Below, piece after piece: positions 9,152 to 23,185 of a DNA stretch of 64,000 nucleotides. The notes below the pieces were generated by a model that saw nothing but the letters and a program-made list of their open reading frames with translations, made no database searches and was not told the origin of the DNA. This stretch comes from an uncultured Planctomycetota bacterium (GTDB lineage: Bacteria > Planctomycetota > Planctomycetia > Gemmatales > Gemmataceae). The position numbers and the translations under genes were made by a program. Every line of letters begins with the position of its first letter. Within the stretch, counting starts at the first letter, position 1. The stretch spans positions 119,283 through 183,282 of the forward strand of contig CAWKHF010000003.1 of NCBI GenBank assembly GCA_963849325.1. The letters run 5' to 3'.

Positions 9152-9987
9152 ATGATGCACACGGCTTGGAAAAGGAACGGCGGCGACCCGACATCCCTCG
9201 ATGTCCGGGGCATCGCCGCCATCGTTTTCCTCGCGGCCGTTCTGGGACCGTGCTTGTCGGGCTTGCGTGGCGGAGACGACGCTTCGGGTCCGCTGCTGAC
9301 GGCGCCGACCGAAGCGAGCGCGGCGAAGGATCTGGCCACGGAAATCCGCGTCCGAACCGCCCTGGAGGCGGATCAATCCCTGGCGCCTCGGAAGCTGAAC
9401 CTGCGCGTGAAGGTGACGACGGGGATCGCTCAACTCTCCGGACCCGTGCCTTCCGCCGAACGTCCGCCGCCGAGTCGTTGAGGTCGTGGCGAAAACCCCC
9501 GGCGTCTGGAAAGTCCAGAGCGGCGGACTGTACCTCGCCAAGGTCCATCAAGGTGTCAAGCCGTTGTCCTTGCCGCTGGAGACGGACAAGCCGACGCAAA
9601 CGCGGCTCGGCGTCGCCGGTCCTCCCCTCCGGCACGCTGACCGGACGCGACCCCCTGACGAAATCGAGTCCGAATCGTCCTTCTTCCGGTGTCACCTTGT
9701 TGGCGCCGGAGTCCGCCACGGCTCCGTCGCGCGGCCCGGAACCGGCGCGCTTGACGGGCAACCCGCGCACTCCGGCGCCGGCGGTCTCTCTCGCATCGGC
9801 CCTCGAGCGCCTGCGGCAGAGCAATCCGAAATTCCGAGCGATTCGCACCGAAGTCCACGGCACGACGGTGCGAATCTTCGCTGGCGATACCCCCGGCGAA
9901 CACATCATGATCTTCGCCCGCCGTGTCTCGCGGTTGGACGGCGTCGAGCGCGTCATCGTGCAAGACACCGCTTCCGGGCCGCGCTGA
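9152..9987 (+). CDS. BON-domain-containing exported protein (frameshifted)
   Basis: IRVRTALEADQSL...LRVKVTTGIAQLSGPVPS and a C-terminal BON-like RRVSRLDGVERVIV, spread over three frames. Confidence 0.6.
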
Positions 9988-9989
9988 TA

Positions 9990-10052
9990 AGTTCTGAGTT
10001 CTGAGTTCTGAGTGAAAACCAAACTCAGAACTCAGAACTCAGAACTCAGAAC
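9990..10052. repeat. Inverted heptamer arrays (GTTCTGA)3 / (ACTCAGA)4
   Basis: Direct reading of the sequence. Confidence 0.9.
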
Positions 10053-10120
10053 TGGAGTAGCGGGCTGGCACGCATCGCCCTTTCCTGTACCCTATTCCCC
10101 ATCAGAGAGCCCGTTAATTG

Positions 10121-10203
10121 AACCACGGATTACACGGATACCACGGATAAGAAAACCAAATTCGTATTTTGATTTATCCGTGTTATCCGTGTTATCCGTG
10201 GTT
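10121..10203. repeat. Inverted 9-mer arrays (CACGGAT core x3 / ATCCGTG core x3)
   Basis: aaccacggattacacggataccacggata ... tatccgtgttatccgtgttatccgtggtt. Confidence 0.9.
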
Positions 10204-10234
10204 CATTGGATTAATCCTGACGATGGGGATGCTC

Positions 10235-10963
10235 ATGACAATGCGCGGCGTCATTCTCGCGGGCGGCAAGGGCACACGGCTGGGCGAGCTGACCAAGGTG
10301 ACGAACAAGCACCTGTTGCCGGTCGGCCCTTATCCGATGGTGTACCATCCCCTCAAGAAGCTCGTCGGTGCCGGCGTGCGCGACATCCTGCTGGTCTCCG
10401 GCACCGAACACATGGGCGATTTCGTCGAGCTGCTCGGCTCCGGCCGCGAGCACCAGTGCCATCTGACCTACCGCGTGCAGGACGAGGCCGGCGGCATCGC
10501 CCAGGCGCTGGGCCTGGCCGAATTGTACTGCCACGACGTGCGCTCGCTGGTGATCCTCGGCGACAACATTTTCCTGGACTCGCTGGGCGATCTCGTCGCC
10601 GCCGCCGAACGGCAGCCGGACCACGCCTGGGTCATGCTCAAGCGCGTCGCCGATCCGCAGCGCTACGGCGTCGCCGAGCTGCGCGACGACCGCATCGTCG
10701 GCATCGAGGAGAAACCGAAGAAGCCCAAGAGCGATTACGCCGTCGCCGGCATTTACCTGTATCCGCCGGACGTGTTCGGCTTCATCAAGACGCTCAAGCC
10801 CAGCGCTCGCGGCGAGCTGGAAATCACCGACGTGAACCGTCATTATCTCGAACAGGGCCGGCTCAGTCATCGCGAACTGCAAGGCTACTGGACCGACGCC
10901 GGCACCCTCGAATCGCTGGCGACAGCCAATCAACTCGTGCAGGCGGAGACACCGATCTATTGA
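10235..10963 (+). CDS. Sugar-phosphate nucleotidyltransferase (glucose-1-phosphate thymidylyltransferase / SpsI-like)
   Basis: GVILAGGKGTRL..LT...NKHLLP; LGDNIF; EEKP; ARGELEITD; WTDAGT. Confidence 0.92.
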   Translation: MTMRGVILAGGKGTRLGELTKVTNKHLLPVGPYPMVYHPLKKLVGAGVRDILLVSGTEHMGDFVELLGSGREHQCHLTYRVQDEAGGIAQALGLAELYCHDVRSLVILGDNIFLDSLGDLVAAAERQPDHAWVMLKRVADPQRYGVAELRDDRIVGIEEKPKKPKSDYAVAGIYLYPPDVFGFIKTLKPSARGELEITDVNRHYLEQGRLSHRELQGYWTDAGTLESLATANQLVQAETPIY

Positions 10964-11076
10964 TCGGGTGTCCATCGTTCCTCTCTCGGCCGCTCGCCTG
11001 TAACCCTCCCGCGTATCACAGGCGTGCGGAGGCTTCGGCTGCCTCCACAAAGCATTTCACCCTGGAGGTCCATTCC

Positions 11077-11760
11077 ATGCCTGCCATTCTCTGCTCCGAC
11101 GTTCCTCACCAACCGACGGCGCGGGCCGCCCGCCCGCCGCTCGACGCCGAAGAGACGCGAAGCTCGCTGCTGAACCGTGTGCGCAACGTCACCGATGCCG
11201 CCAGCTCGCGCGAGTTCCTCCATCGTTATGAGCCGCTGCTGTTATCTTTCCTCCGCGGCCGCGGCCTGCAAGAACACGATGCCCGCGACGTGGCTCAGGA
11301 GGTCTTTACTCGACTGCACCGCGCTCTACCGTCCTTCCGGCTGGATCGTGCGCGCGGGCGTTTCCGCACCTGGCTGTGGCAGGTGACCAGCAGCGCCCTG
11401 ACCGACTGGTGCCGGGTCCGCAATCGGCAGGCTCGGGCCGAGCAGGGTTGGCGCGAGCGGCAGGGCGGTGCGGAAGCCGCCGTGGAGAGCAACCGCGACG
11501 AACCGTCCCTGGAGCGCCGCCATCTGCTGGAACGCGCCCTGGCGCGGGTACGAGCGCGGGCCAAGCCGAAGACGTGGGCCTGTTTTGAGCAGCGCGTGTT
11601 GCGTGGCCGGACCAGCCGGGCGGTGGCGTCGGAGCTGGGTCTGACCGCCAACGCCGTCAATGTGAACGCCGCCCGTATCCTGGCCCGCCTGCGTCAACTG
11701 TGCGACGCTATCCGGAAGGAGGTCGCCCATGAGCCGGCCGTCCTGCCTTGCGGAAGCTGA
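11077..11760 (+). CDS. ECF sigma-70 factor
   Basis: TRSSLLNRVR; DARDVAQEVF; GRFRTWL; C-terminal HTH (VASELGLTANAV); GGAGG before ATG. Confidence 0.88.
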   Translation: MPAILCSDVPHQPTARAARPPLDAEETRSSLLNRVRNVTDAASSREFLHRYEPLLLSFLRGRGLQEHDARDVAQEVFTRLHRALPSFRLDRARGRFRTWLWQVTSSALTDWCRVRNRQARAEQGWRERQGGAEAAVESNRDEPSLERRHLLERALARVRARAKPKTWACFEQRVLRGRTSRAVASELGLTANAVNVNAARILARLRQLCDAIRKEVAHEPAVLPCGS

Positions 11761-11944
11761 CTTGCTCTCCGCCGCGACCGGCGAGTCGATGACGGCGGCG
11801 GCGCGGGCGCACCTCGCTCGCTGTCCGTCTTGTGGCCGTCGCTTACGTCGTCTCCAGGGCGAAGTGGCGGTGCTGCGCCACGTTGTCGCCGGCATGGAAT
11901 GGCCATCGTCCATCCCCCTCGCCCCACCCGACAACGCCGGCTGA
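11729..11944 (+). CDS. Small zinc-binding anti-sigma (ZAS/zf-HC2) protein
   Basis: HLARCPSC (HxxxCxxC); overlaps the sigma gene end; AGGAGG upstream. Confidence 0.7.
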   Translation: MSRPSCLAEADLLSAATGESMTAAARAHLARCPSCGRRLRRLQGEVAVLRHVVAGMEWPSSIPLAPPDNAG

Positions 11945-12174
11945 AGGCGCGGGTGGTCTACCCTCCTCCCTTCTAGCCGGGCAAGGATCGCGGCGCGAGC
12001 ACACGCCGGCTCGTGTCCGCGATCTGTTCTGTTACGCCCTCGTGGTCTACGCAGCTGCTTCTCTTCAAATGTCTGACCGGAGGGTCCGGCGCTGGCGGTC
12101 GTCCGTCTCCACGGCTACACTGAGGGACAATGAATGCCGCTTGCGGCTTGGCGCACCAATGCCGGAGACCCTCC

Positions 12175-14005
12175 ATGATTTCGCGCTGGATTCTTCGCCT
12201 CCCTCCTCCTGATCCTCGTCCCCCTCGCTCACGCCGAACAACCTCCGTTCTCGCCGCAGCGCTCGGCCGAGCGCATCGAGTTGCCCGAGGGCTTCCGCGC
12301 CACGCTGTTCGCCGGCGAACCCGACCTGATCAAGCCCATCGCCATGACCCTCGACGATCGCGGCCGGCTGTGGGTCGTCGAATCGCACTCGTACCCCAAC
12401 TGGCTGCCCGAGGGCAAGCAAGGCCGCGATCGCGTCCTGATCTTCGAGGACAAAAAGGGTACGGGCCATTTCGATTCGTGTAAGGTCTTCTGGGACAAAG
12501 GCACGAACCTGTCGGGCATCGCCGTCGGCTTCGGCGGCGTCTGGCTGTGCGCCACGCCGTACTTGTTGTTCATCCCAATGCACACCGGCGAGGACAAACC
12601 CGCTGGGCCGCCGAAGGTCGTGCTCGACGGCTGGAGCCTGCAAGCGAAGCACAACGTCTTCAACACCCTCGTCTGGGGACCGGATGGCTTCCTGTACGGC
12701 TGCAACGGCATCATGGCGACCTCGAACATCGGCCGGCCTGGAACACCGATGGAGCAGCGCGTCGCCCTTAACTGCGGCGTCTGGCGCTACCACCCCGTCA
12801 AGGAGACTTTCGAGTCGTTCGCCTGGGGCACGACGAACCCGTGGGGACTCGACTTCGACGATTACGGCGAGATGTTCATCACCAACTGCGTCATCAAGCA
12901 CCTGTTTCACGTCGTACCGGGGGCGCACTTCGACGCGCATGTACGGGCAGGACCTGGACCCGAACTGCTACGGCCTGATGGCCAGTTGTGCCGACCACAT
13001 CCACTGGGGCGGCGGCGACTGGACCACCTCGCGCGGCGGCCAGGGAGTACACGACGCCGCCGGCGGCGGTCACGCCCACGTCGGCGCTATGGTCTATCTC
13101 GGCGACAACTGGCCCAACGAATATCGCAATCATATTTTCATGTGCAACCTCCACGGCAATCGCGTCAATCAGGACGTGCTGGAGCGTCACGGCTCCGGCT
13201 ATGTCGCCCATCATGGCAAGGACTTCCTGCTGGCGCACGATTCGTGGTTTCGCGGCCTGACGCTGTTGTGCGGGCCCGACGGCGGCGTCTTCGTCAGCGA
13301 TTGGCACGACACCGGCGAATGTCACGATTACGACCGCGTCGAACCGTGCGGCCGCATCTTCAAAGTCACTTTCGGCCAGCCCGCCGCCGTCGTCGCCGGA
13401 CCTGGCCGCGTTGAGCGACGAACAACTCGTCCGCCTGCAACTGCACAAGAACGATTGGTGGGTGCGCCACGCTCGTCGTCTGCTGCAAGAGCGTGCCTAC
13501 GCCGGCAAGCTCGGCAAGGATGTCCGTCCATCGCTCTTGAAGATGCTCGACGAACAGAAGGACGTGACGCGCAAGCTGCGGGCGTTGTGGGCGCTGCACG
13601 TCACCGGGCCGCTCGAAGAGAAGACGTTGCTGGACACTGCTGGGCAGCCCGCATGAGGAAATCCGCCGATGGGCCGTGCGTCTGCTCGTGGAAGACAAGC
13701 GCATCTCGGACGATGCCGTCAAGAGCTTCGCGGAATTGGCCCGTAGTGACAAGTCATCGTCAGTTCGCTTCGCGTTGGCGTCGGCGTTGCAGCGCTTGCC
13801 GCTCCGCCAGCGTTGGGACACTGCCGAGGAGTTGGCCCGACACAAGGAGGATGCGGCCGACGATAACCTGCCGCTGATGATTTGGTACGGTATCGAGCCG
13901 CTGGTGCCGGCCGACCCCGATCGCGCTGCGAAGTTGCTGATGACGTGCCGGATATCGCTGGTGCGTCAGTACATCGCCCGCCGCATTGCCGCGATGGCCG
14001 AGTAA
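12175..14005 (+). CDS. PVC-type putative membrane-bound dehydrogenase domain protein with HEAT repeats (multiple frameshifts)
   Basis: PEGF.ATLFAGEPD..KPIAM..DDRGRLWVVE; WGPDG.LYG; GTTNPWG; GPDGGVFVSDWHD; DDNLPLMIWYGIEP. Confidence 0.85.
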
Positions 14006-14038
14006 ACTCGCGCCGTCCCTGAAAAGGAGCGATCTCGC

Positions 14039-15202
14039 ATGTCGATCCAGGTCGTTTGTCAATCGTGCGGTCGCCGGTTGAACGCTCCCGATGACGCGGC
14101 GGGGCGCAAGGCCAAGTGTCCCCGTTGCGGCACGATGCTGCTCATCCAGGCAACCGCGACCGTGACCGCTTCGCCATCGCCAAGACCGAAGGAGCCTACC
14201 CCTTCCAAGCGACGGATAGAGGAGCCGGAAGAACGAATAACGACCGAACCGGAGGAAACGGTGGCGACCGTCCAGGACGTAAAAAAGTCGAAACGAAAAA
14301 AACGAAGAAGCCTCCGCAAGCAGGCGGACCAAAAAGTCCCGACCTGGATATGGTGGGTGAGCAGCCTGGGAGCGGTCTCGGTAGTGGCCGGCATCATGAT
14401 CGTGGGGACCGTACTTGCCGGCCACGGGGATGCCCTGCTCTTCTTCAGCGTTCTCATGGCCGTCATGGTGCCGATCAGCACGGTCATTTTGGTGCTCAGC
14501 ATGTTCATCAGCAGTTGGCTGGGCGGCGGCATCGAGTTCGGGGAGGCCCACATCGTTATCCCGAAAGCCGCCGGCTTGCTGTTTCTCGTCAACCTGATCG
14601 GGCTGTTGCCGTGGGGCAGTTTGTTGGCGGCCCCGATTTGGCTGTTCGGATTGATGTTCCTGTTTGGCCTCGACCTGTGGGAGACCCGCCTGCTGTGGAC
14701 GGTCAACTGGGGACTGAATTATCTGGCTCGGCTGGCCATGTTCAGTGCGATGATGACGGCGTTTTCGCACGGCGCCTCCCGCCTCGGCCTGGATGGCCCG
14801 CCAACCCTCGGCTCGGAGCAAGAGCAAGCGCTGGAGCTAATCGTGAGCCTGGGCGGCGACTTCTCCACGGAGAACGGTGCGGAGGACGCTCCGGTGGTGA
14901 GCATCACTCTGGCGCAGGACCCAGGCTCCCGACGCCATCCTGGCTCGGCTGAAGAGTTTCCCCAAGTTACGGAGCCTCGACCTCGACTCGACCCCGATCA
15001 CCGATGCCGGCCTGGCCCACCTGGAGGGATTGACCGCCCTGCGATCCCTGAACCTGTCGCCACGGCCGTCACCGACGTGGGCCTGGCTCGCCTCAAACGA
15101 TTGAACCAGTTGGAGACCCTGACCCTTACGGGCACGCGCGTGACTGCGGCCGGGGTCGCCGACCTTCGGACGGCCCTACCGCGCGTGAGAATCATACCCT
15201 GA
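14039..15202 (+). CDS. Zn-ribbon + multi-TM + leucine-rich-repeat protein (frameshifted in LRR part)
   Basis: CQSC...CPRCG; four to five hydrophobic segments; VTDVGLARLKRLNQLETLTL LRRs. Confidence 0.75.
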   Translation: MSIQVVCQSCGRRLNAPDDAAGRKAKCPRCGTMLLIQATATVTASPSPRPKEPTPSKRRIEEPEERITTEPEETVATVQDVKKSKRKKRRSLRKQADQKVPTWIWWVSSLGAVSVVAGIMIVGTVLAGHGDALLFFSVLMAVMVPISTVILVLSMFISSWLGGGIEFGEAHIVIPKAAGLLFLVNLIGLLPWGSLLAAPIWLFGLMFLFGLDLWETRLLWTVNWGLNYLARLAMFSAMMTAFSHGASRLGLDGPPTLGSEQEQALELIVSLGGDFSTENGAEDAPVVSITLAQDPGSRRHPGSAEEFPQVTEPRPRLDPDHRCRPGPPGGIDRPAIPEPVATAVTDVGLARLKRLNQLETLTLTGTRVTAAGVADLRTALPRVRIIP

Positions 15203-15241
15203 GTCGTTGGCAACCACCCGCAATATCGGCGAGGAGATATT

Positions 15242-16478
15242 ATGTGGCATTGGATTTTGGCATCTGCAAGTATCGTGATAATTGGGGTTGTGCCTGCATC
15301 AGCGGCCGAGGCTCCGAGGTCCACATCCCGTGCGTTGGCGCCGTTAGTCCGCATCCTTGCCGACTCCGACGATATTGCCGTGCAACTCGATGTGCTGCGC
15401 GGCATGCACGAAGCCTTGCAAGGACGCCGGAACGTGACCGCCCCGGAGGGCTGGTCGGAGGTGTATCGCAAGCTCGCCAGCAGCAAGAACGCCGAGGTCC
15501 GCGAGAAGGTACTGCAACTGTCCGTCCTGTTCGGCGATCCGCAGGCGCTGGCCGCGCTGCGCCGGACGGCGGCCGATCCGAAAGCCGATGCGACGGCCCG
15601 CCGCAACGCCCTGCAAACGCTGATCGAGAAAGCGGCCGCCCGATCTGCTGCCGCTGTTGCGCAAGCTCGTCGCCGATCGCACTCTGCGCGGCCTGGCCCT
15701 CCGTGGCTTGGCGTCCTACGACGATCCGGCAACGCCGGCCCTCCTTCTCGAACACTACGCCTCGTTCAGCGACGCCGAGAAAGCCGACGCCATCGCCACG
15801 CTCGCCTCGCGGCCGAAGTACGCCCTCGCCCTGCTCGACGCGATGGAGAAAGGGCCGCGTGCCGCGCCGCGACCTGTCCGCCTTCACCGTCCGCCAACTC
15901 CTCGCCTTCAACGACAAGAAATTGACCGACCGGCTCACGAAAGTCTGGGGATCGATCCGTCCGCCGTCGGCGGAGAAGGCGACGCTGCTGGCGAAGTACA
16001 AGGCGATGGTGCCCGCCGACGCTCTCAAGAAGGCCGATCGCAAACACGGCCGATTGTTGTTTTCGCGCAACCTGCGCCAGCTTGTCACACGCTGTTCGGC
16101 GAGGGCGGTAAGATCGGCCCCGACCTGACCGGCTCGCAGCGCACCAATCCCGAATATCTGCTGACCAAGTTGCTCGACCCCAGCGCCGTCGTTGCCCGCG
16201 ATTATCAAATGACGGTCCTCACGACGACAGTCGGGCCGTGTCATCAATGGATTGGTCAAGGAGGAGAGCGGACAAGACGCTGACGATGCAGACGCAGAAC
16301 GAGGTGGTGCGTCTGCCGAAGTCCGACATCGAGGAGCGCCGCCGTTCGCCGCAGTCGATGATGCCCGATGGTCTGCTGACGCCGCTGACGTCCGGCCGAG
16401 GTGCGCGACCTGATCGCTTACGTGTCCGGTCCCGGTCAGGTGCCGCTGCCGCCAACCGCGCCGGGGGCGGGGAAATAG
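15242..16478 (+). CDS. HEAT-repeat + c-type heme-binding domain protein (multiple frameshifts)
   Basis: GR.LF...C..CH.LFGEGGKIGPDLTG..R.N..YLL...LDPS; SMMPDGLL; EVRDLIAY. Confidence 0.8.
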
Positions 16479-16565
16479 GCATGTCCTCTTTGCGGCTGTT
16501 CGCGGACGGCAGTTACAATATCCATTGGGTGATCCGTTCATGTCCCGGAATCAGGAGACGGAGTC

Positions 16566-16781
16566 ATGTCCACGGAACCGACGATTGAGCAGCGATTGGC
16601 GGCGCTCGAAGCAGCCGTTAAGGAAATCCAGGACCGATTAGGCTCTCCACCCTCGGACGAGAAGTGGTGGGAGAAGATCGAACCTATCACGGATATTGAG
16701 GCGTTTCACCAGATGTTGGAATACGGCCGCGCCTATCGTTACGCTGACCGTCCGCCAGATGAACCCGGTGAGCAAGCGTGA
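16566..16781 (+). CDS. Putative antitoxin
   Basis: 71 aa, overlaps the start of the downstream PIN gene (GTGA). Confidence 0.7.
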   Translation: MSTEPTIEQRLAALEAAVKEIQDRLGSPPSDEKWWEKIEPITDIEAFHQMLEYGRAYRYADRPPDEPGEQA

Positions 16782-17206
16782 AATACCTGCTTGACACGGA
16801 CCACATCAGCTTCCTGCAAGAACAACGCGGGTCCGAATATGCGGCCTTGATTGCTCGGATCGCGCAGCACTCGTCCGCGGATTTTGCCTTCTCCATCGTC
16901 AGCTTCCACGAGCAGACGCTTGGTGGTCATGCCTTTCTGAATCGCGCCCGAACACACGCTCAGATGATTCGCGGATATAGCCAATTGATGAAAGTCCTAA
17001 AAATCTTCCTGACCACGCCGGTCCTGCCGTTCGACGCTGTGGCCGCCGCCGTCTTCGACAACTTGCAAACACAAGGAATACGTGTCGCCACGATGGACCT
17101 CCGCATCGCGGCCATCGCCTTGTCCCAAGGACTGATCCTGCTCACGCGCAATCGGCGCGACTTCGGCCGAGTGCCTGGCCTGCTCACGGAAGACTGGACA
17201 GTTTGA
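16778..17206 (+). CDS. vapC: VapC-family PIN toxin
   Basis: YLLDTD; MDLRIAAIAL; LLTRNRRDF..VPGL..EDW. Confidence 0.92.
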   Translation: MKYLLDTDHISFLQEQRGSEYAALIARIAQHSSADFAFSIVSFHEQTLGGHAFLNRARTHAQMIRGYSQLMKVLKIFLTTPVLPFDAVAAAVFDNLQTQGIRVATMDLRIAAIALSQGLILLTRNRRDFGRVPGLLTEDWTV

Positions 17207-17225
17207 AACCTCTTCCGCCGACTGT

Positions 17226-19920
<2,695 letters not shown>

Positions 19921-19924
<4 letters not shown>

Positions 19925-20592
19925 GGTGCTCCGGCGGCGCGTAGGCGGTTCATGGCGGCCGCCACCCCTTCTTTGGCGCCGAAGATCGCCGAGCCGGCCA
20001 CCAGGACGCGAGCGCCAGCCTCGACCACGCGCGGCGCCGTCTCGGCGTCGATGCCGCCGTCCACCTCCAACTCAGCGTCCGGCCGGGCCTGATCGATCAT
20101 CTGGCGGAGGCGGCGGATTTTGCCGAGCGTATTGGCGATGAACTTCTGGCCGCCAAAGCCGGGATTGACCGTCATCACCAGGACCAGATCGACGTCGGCC
20201 AGGATCTCGGCGATGGCGGCGGGTGAGGTCGCCGGGTTGAGGACGACGCCGGCTTTCTTGCCCAGCGCCTTGATGTGCTGCACGGTACGGTGCAGGTTGA
20301 CCGCGTTCTCGACGTGGACCAGCATCGAGTCGGCGCCGGACTCGGCGAAGGCGTCGAGGTAGCGGATCGGCTCCTCGATCATCAGATGGACTTCCAACGG
20401 CAGCTTCGTCACTGGCCGCACGGCTTTGACGACGATCGGACCCATGCTGATGTTGGGCACGAAATGGCCGTCCATGACATCGACGTGAATGCGGTCGGCA
20501 CCGGCGTGGTCGGCCTCGCGGACCTGTTCGCCCAGGCGGGCAAAGTTGGCGGCGAGAATGGATGGGGCCAGCTTGATCGCGGCGGTACTCAT
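19921..20592 (-). CDS. rpe: Ribulose-phosphate 3-epimerase
   Basis: APSIL; HVDVMDGHFVPN; MTVNPGFGGQ; EVDGGI. Confidence 0.97.
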
Positions 20593-20596
20593 ACGT

Positions 20597-21371
20597 TTAT
20601 CCTTGCATATTTTCACGGAGGAGGGACGCCGGCAGGCGAGCGGCGGCGGCGGACTCGACGAACCAGACGAGCCGCCCGGCCGGCCGGATCGACTGGGACG
20701 GCAGGCGTTCCGGGTCGTCCGGCCCGGCCAGCACCTCGGCGAGACGCTCCGCCTTGTCGGCGCCGGCGACCAGGAATAACACTTCGCGGCCGCGGTTGAG
20801 GATCGGCCGCGTCAGCGTCAGGCGGTCGGTGTGCAGCTGCGGGACGTGGTTGGGTACCACCCAGCGCGTCGTCTCGCGCAGGGCGGCGGTATGCGGGAAC
20901 AGCGACGCCGTGTGGCCGTCCGGTCCCATGCCCAGCAAGATCAAATCGAGCGCCGGCGGTTCGCCTCCCGCCGGTACGCCGAAGACGCCGGCGAGGACCA
21001 CTTCGTAGTCCCGCGCTGCCGCAGTCTCGGTCGCTCCGCTCCGCTTCCAGGCGATGGATGTGCTCCGCCGGGATGGGTAGGTGTTCCAGCATCGTCTCGC
21101 ACGCCATGCGATAGTTGGAATCGGCATGGTCCGGCGGCACGCAGCGCTCGTCGCCCCAGAAGATTTCGACGCGGCCCCAGTCCACCTGTTTGCGGAACGA
21201 TACGCCGCTCAGGAGTTGATAAAGCCGTTTGGGGGTGGAGCCGCCGGATAGGGCGACGGTGAAACGGCTGCGCTCGGCTGTCGCCGCCTGAGCGCAGCGG
21301 ACGAACTCGTCGGCCGCAGCCGCGCTGAGAGCGTCGGCGTCGGCGAAGGTAAGAATAGAGCGGGTTGACAT
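20597..21371 (-). CDS. pgl: 6-phosphogluconolactonase (frameshift near 21025)
   Basis: LSGGSTP; WGDERCVPPDH..SN; LLGMGPDGHTASLFP. Confidence 0.93.
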
Positions 21372-21428
21372 GACATGGGCCTCCTCGTATTCTTCTTTCT
21401 ATCACTCCCCAATTCTCTGAACAGGCGA

Positions 21429-23185
21429 ATGATGCGGGAGCATTGGTTCCTCTGTCGCTCCGTGATGGTCCTGCTTCTGGTGGTCCACGCCCTGCTTTTG
21501 CTGTACAGCCTCCGCCATCAGTTCGCCACCCGCAACGAAGTCGCCCATGTGCCTGCCGGCCTGTCCATCTGGCAAACGGGCACTTTCAGCCTGTATCGCG
21601 TCAACCCGCCACTGTCACGCATGACGGCCGTGCTGCCGGTCCTCCTGGCCCAGCCTAACACCGGCTTCGCGGATCTCAGCGACGCACCGGGATTGCGGCA
21701 AGAGTGGGACGCCGCCCATCGCTTCGCCGACCTCAACGCCTCGGACTACATGCACTTGATCCGCCTGGCTCGCCTGGCTGGCATCGCCTGGTCGCTGCTG
21801 GGAGGATGGCTGGTTTATCGATGGGCCGGCGAACTCTATGGCAGACGTGCCGGCCTTGTCGGACTCACCTTATGGTGCTTTGGACCCAACATCCTCGCCC
21901 ATGCCCAGCTTGTGACCCCGGACATACCGGCGACCGTCAGCGGATTGGCCGCCACCTACGCTTTCTGGAATTACCTGCGGCGCGGCACCTGGTCGGCCGC
22001 CCTGCTGGCCGGGTTGCTGTTGGGCGTCGCCCAGCTCACCAAGTTCACCCTGCTGGTCCTCTATCCGGTCTGGGCGCTTCTGGGCTTGCTCTACGGCCTG
22101 GTCCTGAATAACCGCGCCTGGCGGGATGTGCCGCTACGGGTGAAGATGGCGGAGGGGTTGTGCGTCGTCCTTTTGAGTCTGCTGGTGCTCAACGCCGGCT
22201 ATGCCTTCGACGGCACTGGCACGCCGCTAGGCGAGTACCATTTCGTCAGCCGCCTGTTCAACGGTATCGCCGCGGAGGAGGGCGGCGGTCGCGGCGCGCC
22301 GGTGTTGGGCAATCGCTTCCACGATACCTGGCTGGCCGCCGTTCCGGTGCCGCTGCCAGAAGACTACCTCAGCGGCATCGATTTGCAGCGACGCGATTTC
22401 GAGGGGATCATGCCGCCCTCGTTCCTGGCCGGCGAGTGGCGGCGAGGTGGCTGGTGGTACTACTACCTCTACGCTCTGGCCGTGAAAGTGCCCCTGGGCA
22501 AGCTCGCCCTCGTGGGCTGGAGCCTGGTCCTCTTGGTCCTGCGGCATCCCGCCAACGCACGCTTCTTGGACGAGCTGACGCTGTGGCTACCGGCCCTGGC
22601 CGTGCTGGTGCTGGTCAGCTCGCAGACCGGCTTCAACCACCACATGCGCTATGTGCTGCCGATGTTTCCTTTCGTTTTCATCGCCGCGGCCAAGCTGGGT
22701 TACTACCTCCAGGCGACGCGCTGGAAGCGCGGTTTGGTTGTCGTCGCCCTGCTGCTGGGGTCCGTCGGCAGCAGCCTGAGCGTCTATCCACACTCCCTGT
22801 CGTACTTCAACGAGCTGGCCGGTGGACCCGATAACGGCCATCGCTATCTTCTGGACAGCAACATCGACTGGGGGCAAGACTTGCTCTACCTCAAGGATTG
22901 GGTCGAGGCCCATCCGGAGGCCGCTTCTCTCGGCATAGCCTATCACAACTACATCGACTACCGCGTCTGTGGCGCCACGTTCACAGAAGTGCCGCCGGCC
23001 CGCCCTCCAACGTGCATCCCGAGGAAATGGGGAATGCACGGTTCGGCCCGCATCCGGGTTACTTCGCCCTCGATCTACACAGCCTTAAGACGGCCCCTTA
23101 CACGTATTTCGAGCGTTTCCGGCCGATCGCCAAGGCTGGCTACTCGATTTTCATTTACCACATCACGCCCGAGCAGACGGACCAA
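21429..23185 (+). CDS. ArnT/PMT-like (GT-C, GT39-type) membrane glycosyltransferase, C-terminus cut by IS5
   Basis: Multi-TM; EVAHVPAG; RVNPPL; PNILAH..LVTPD; LTKFT; LLDSNIDWGQDL. Frameshift near 23005; the reading frame runs into the IS5 end. Confidence 0.85.
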
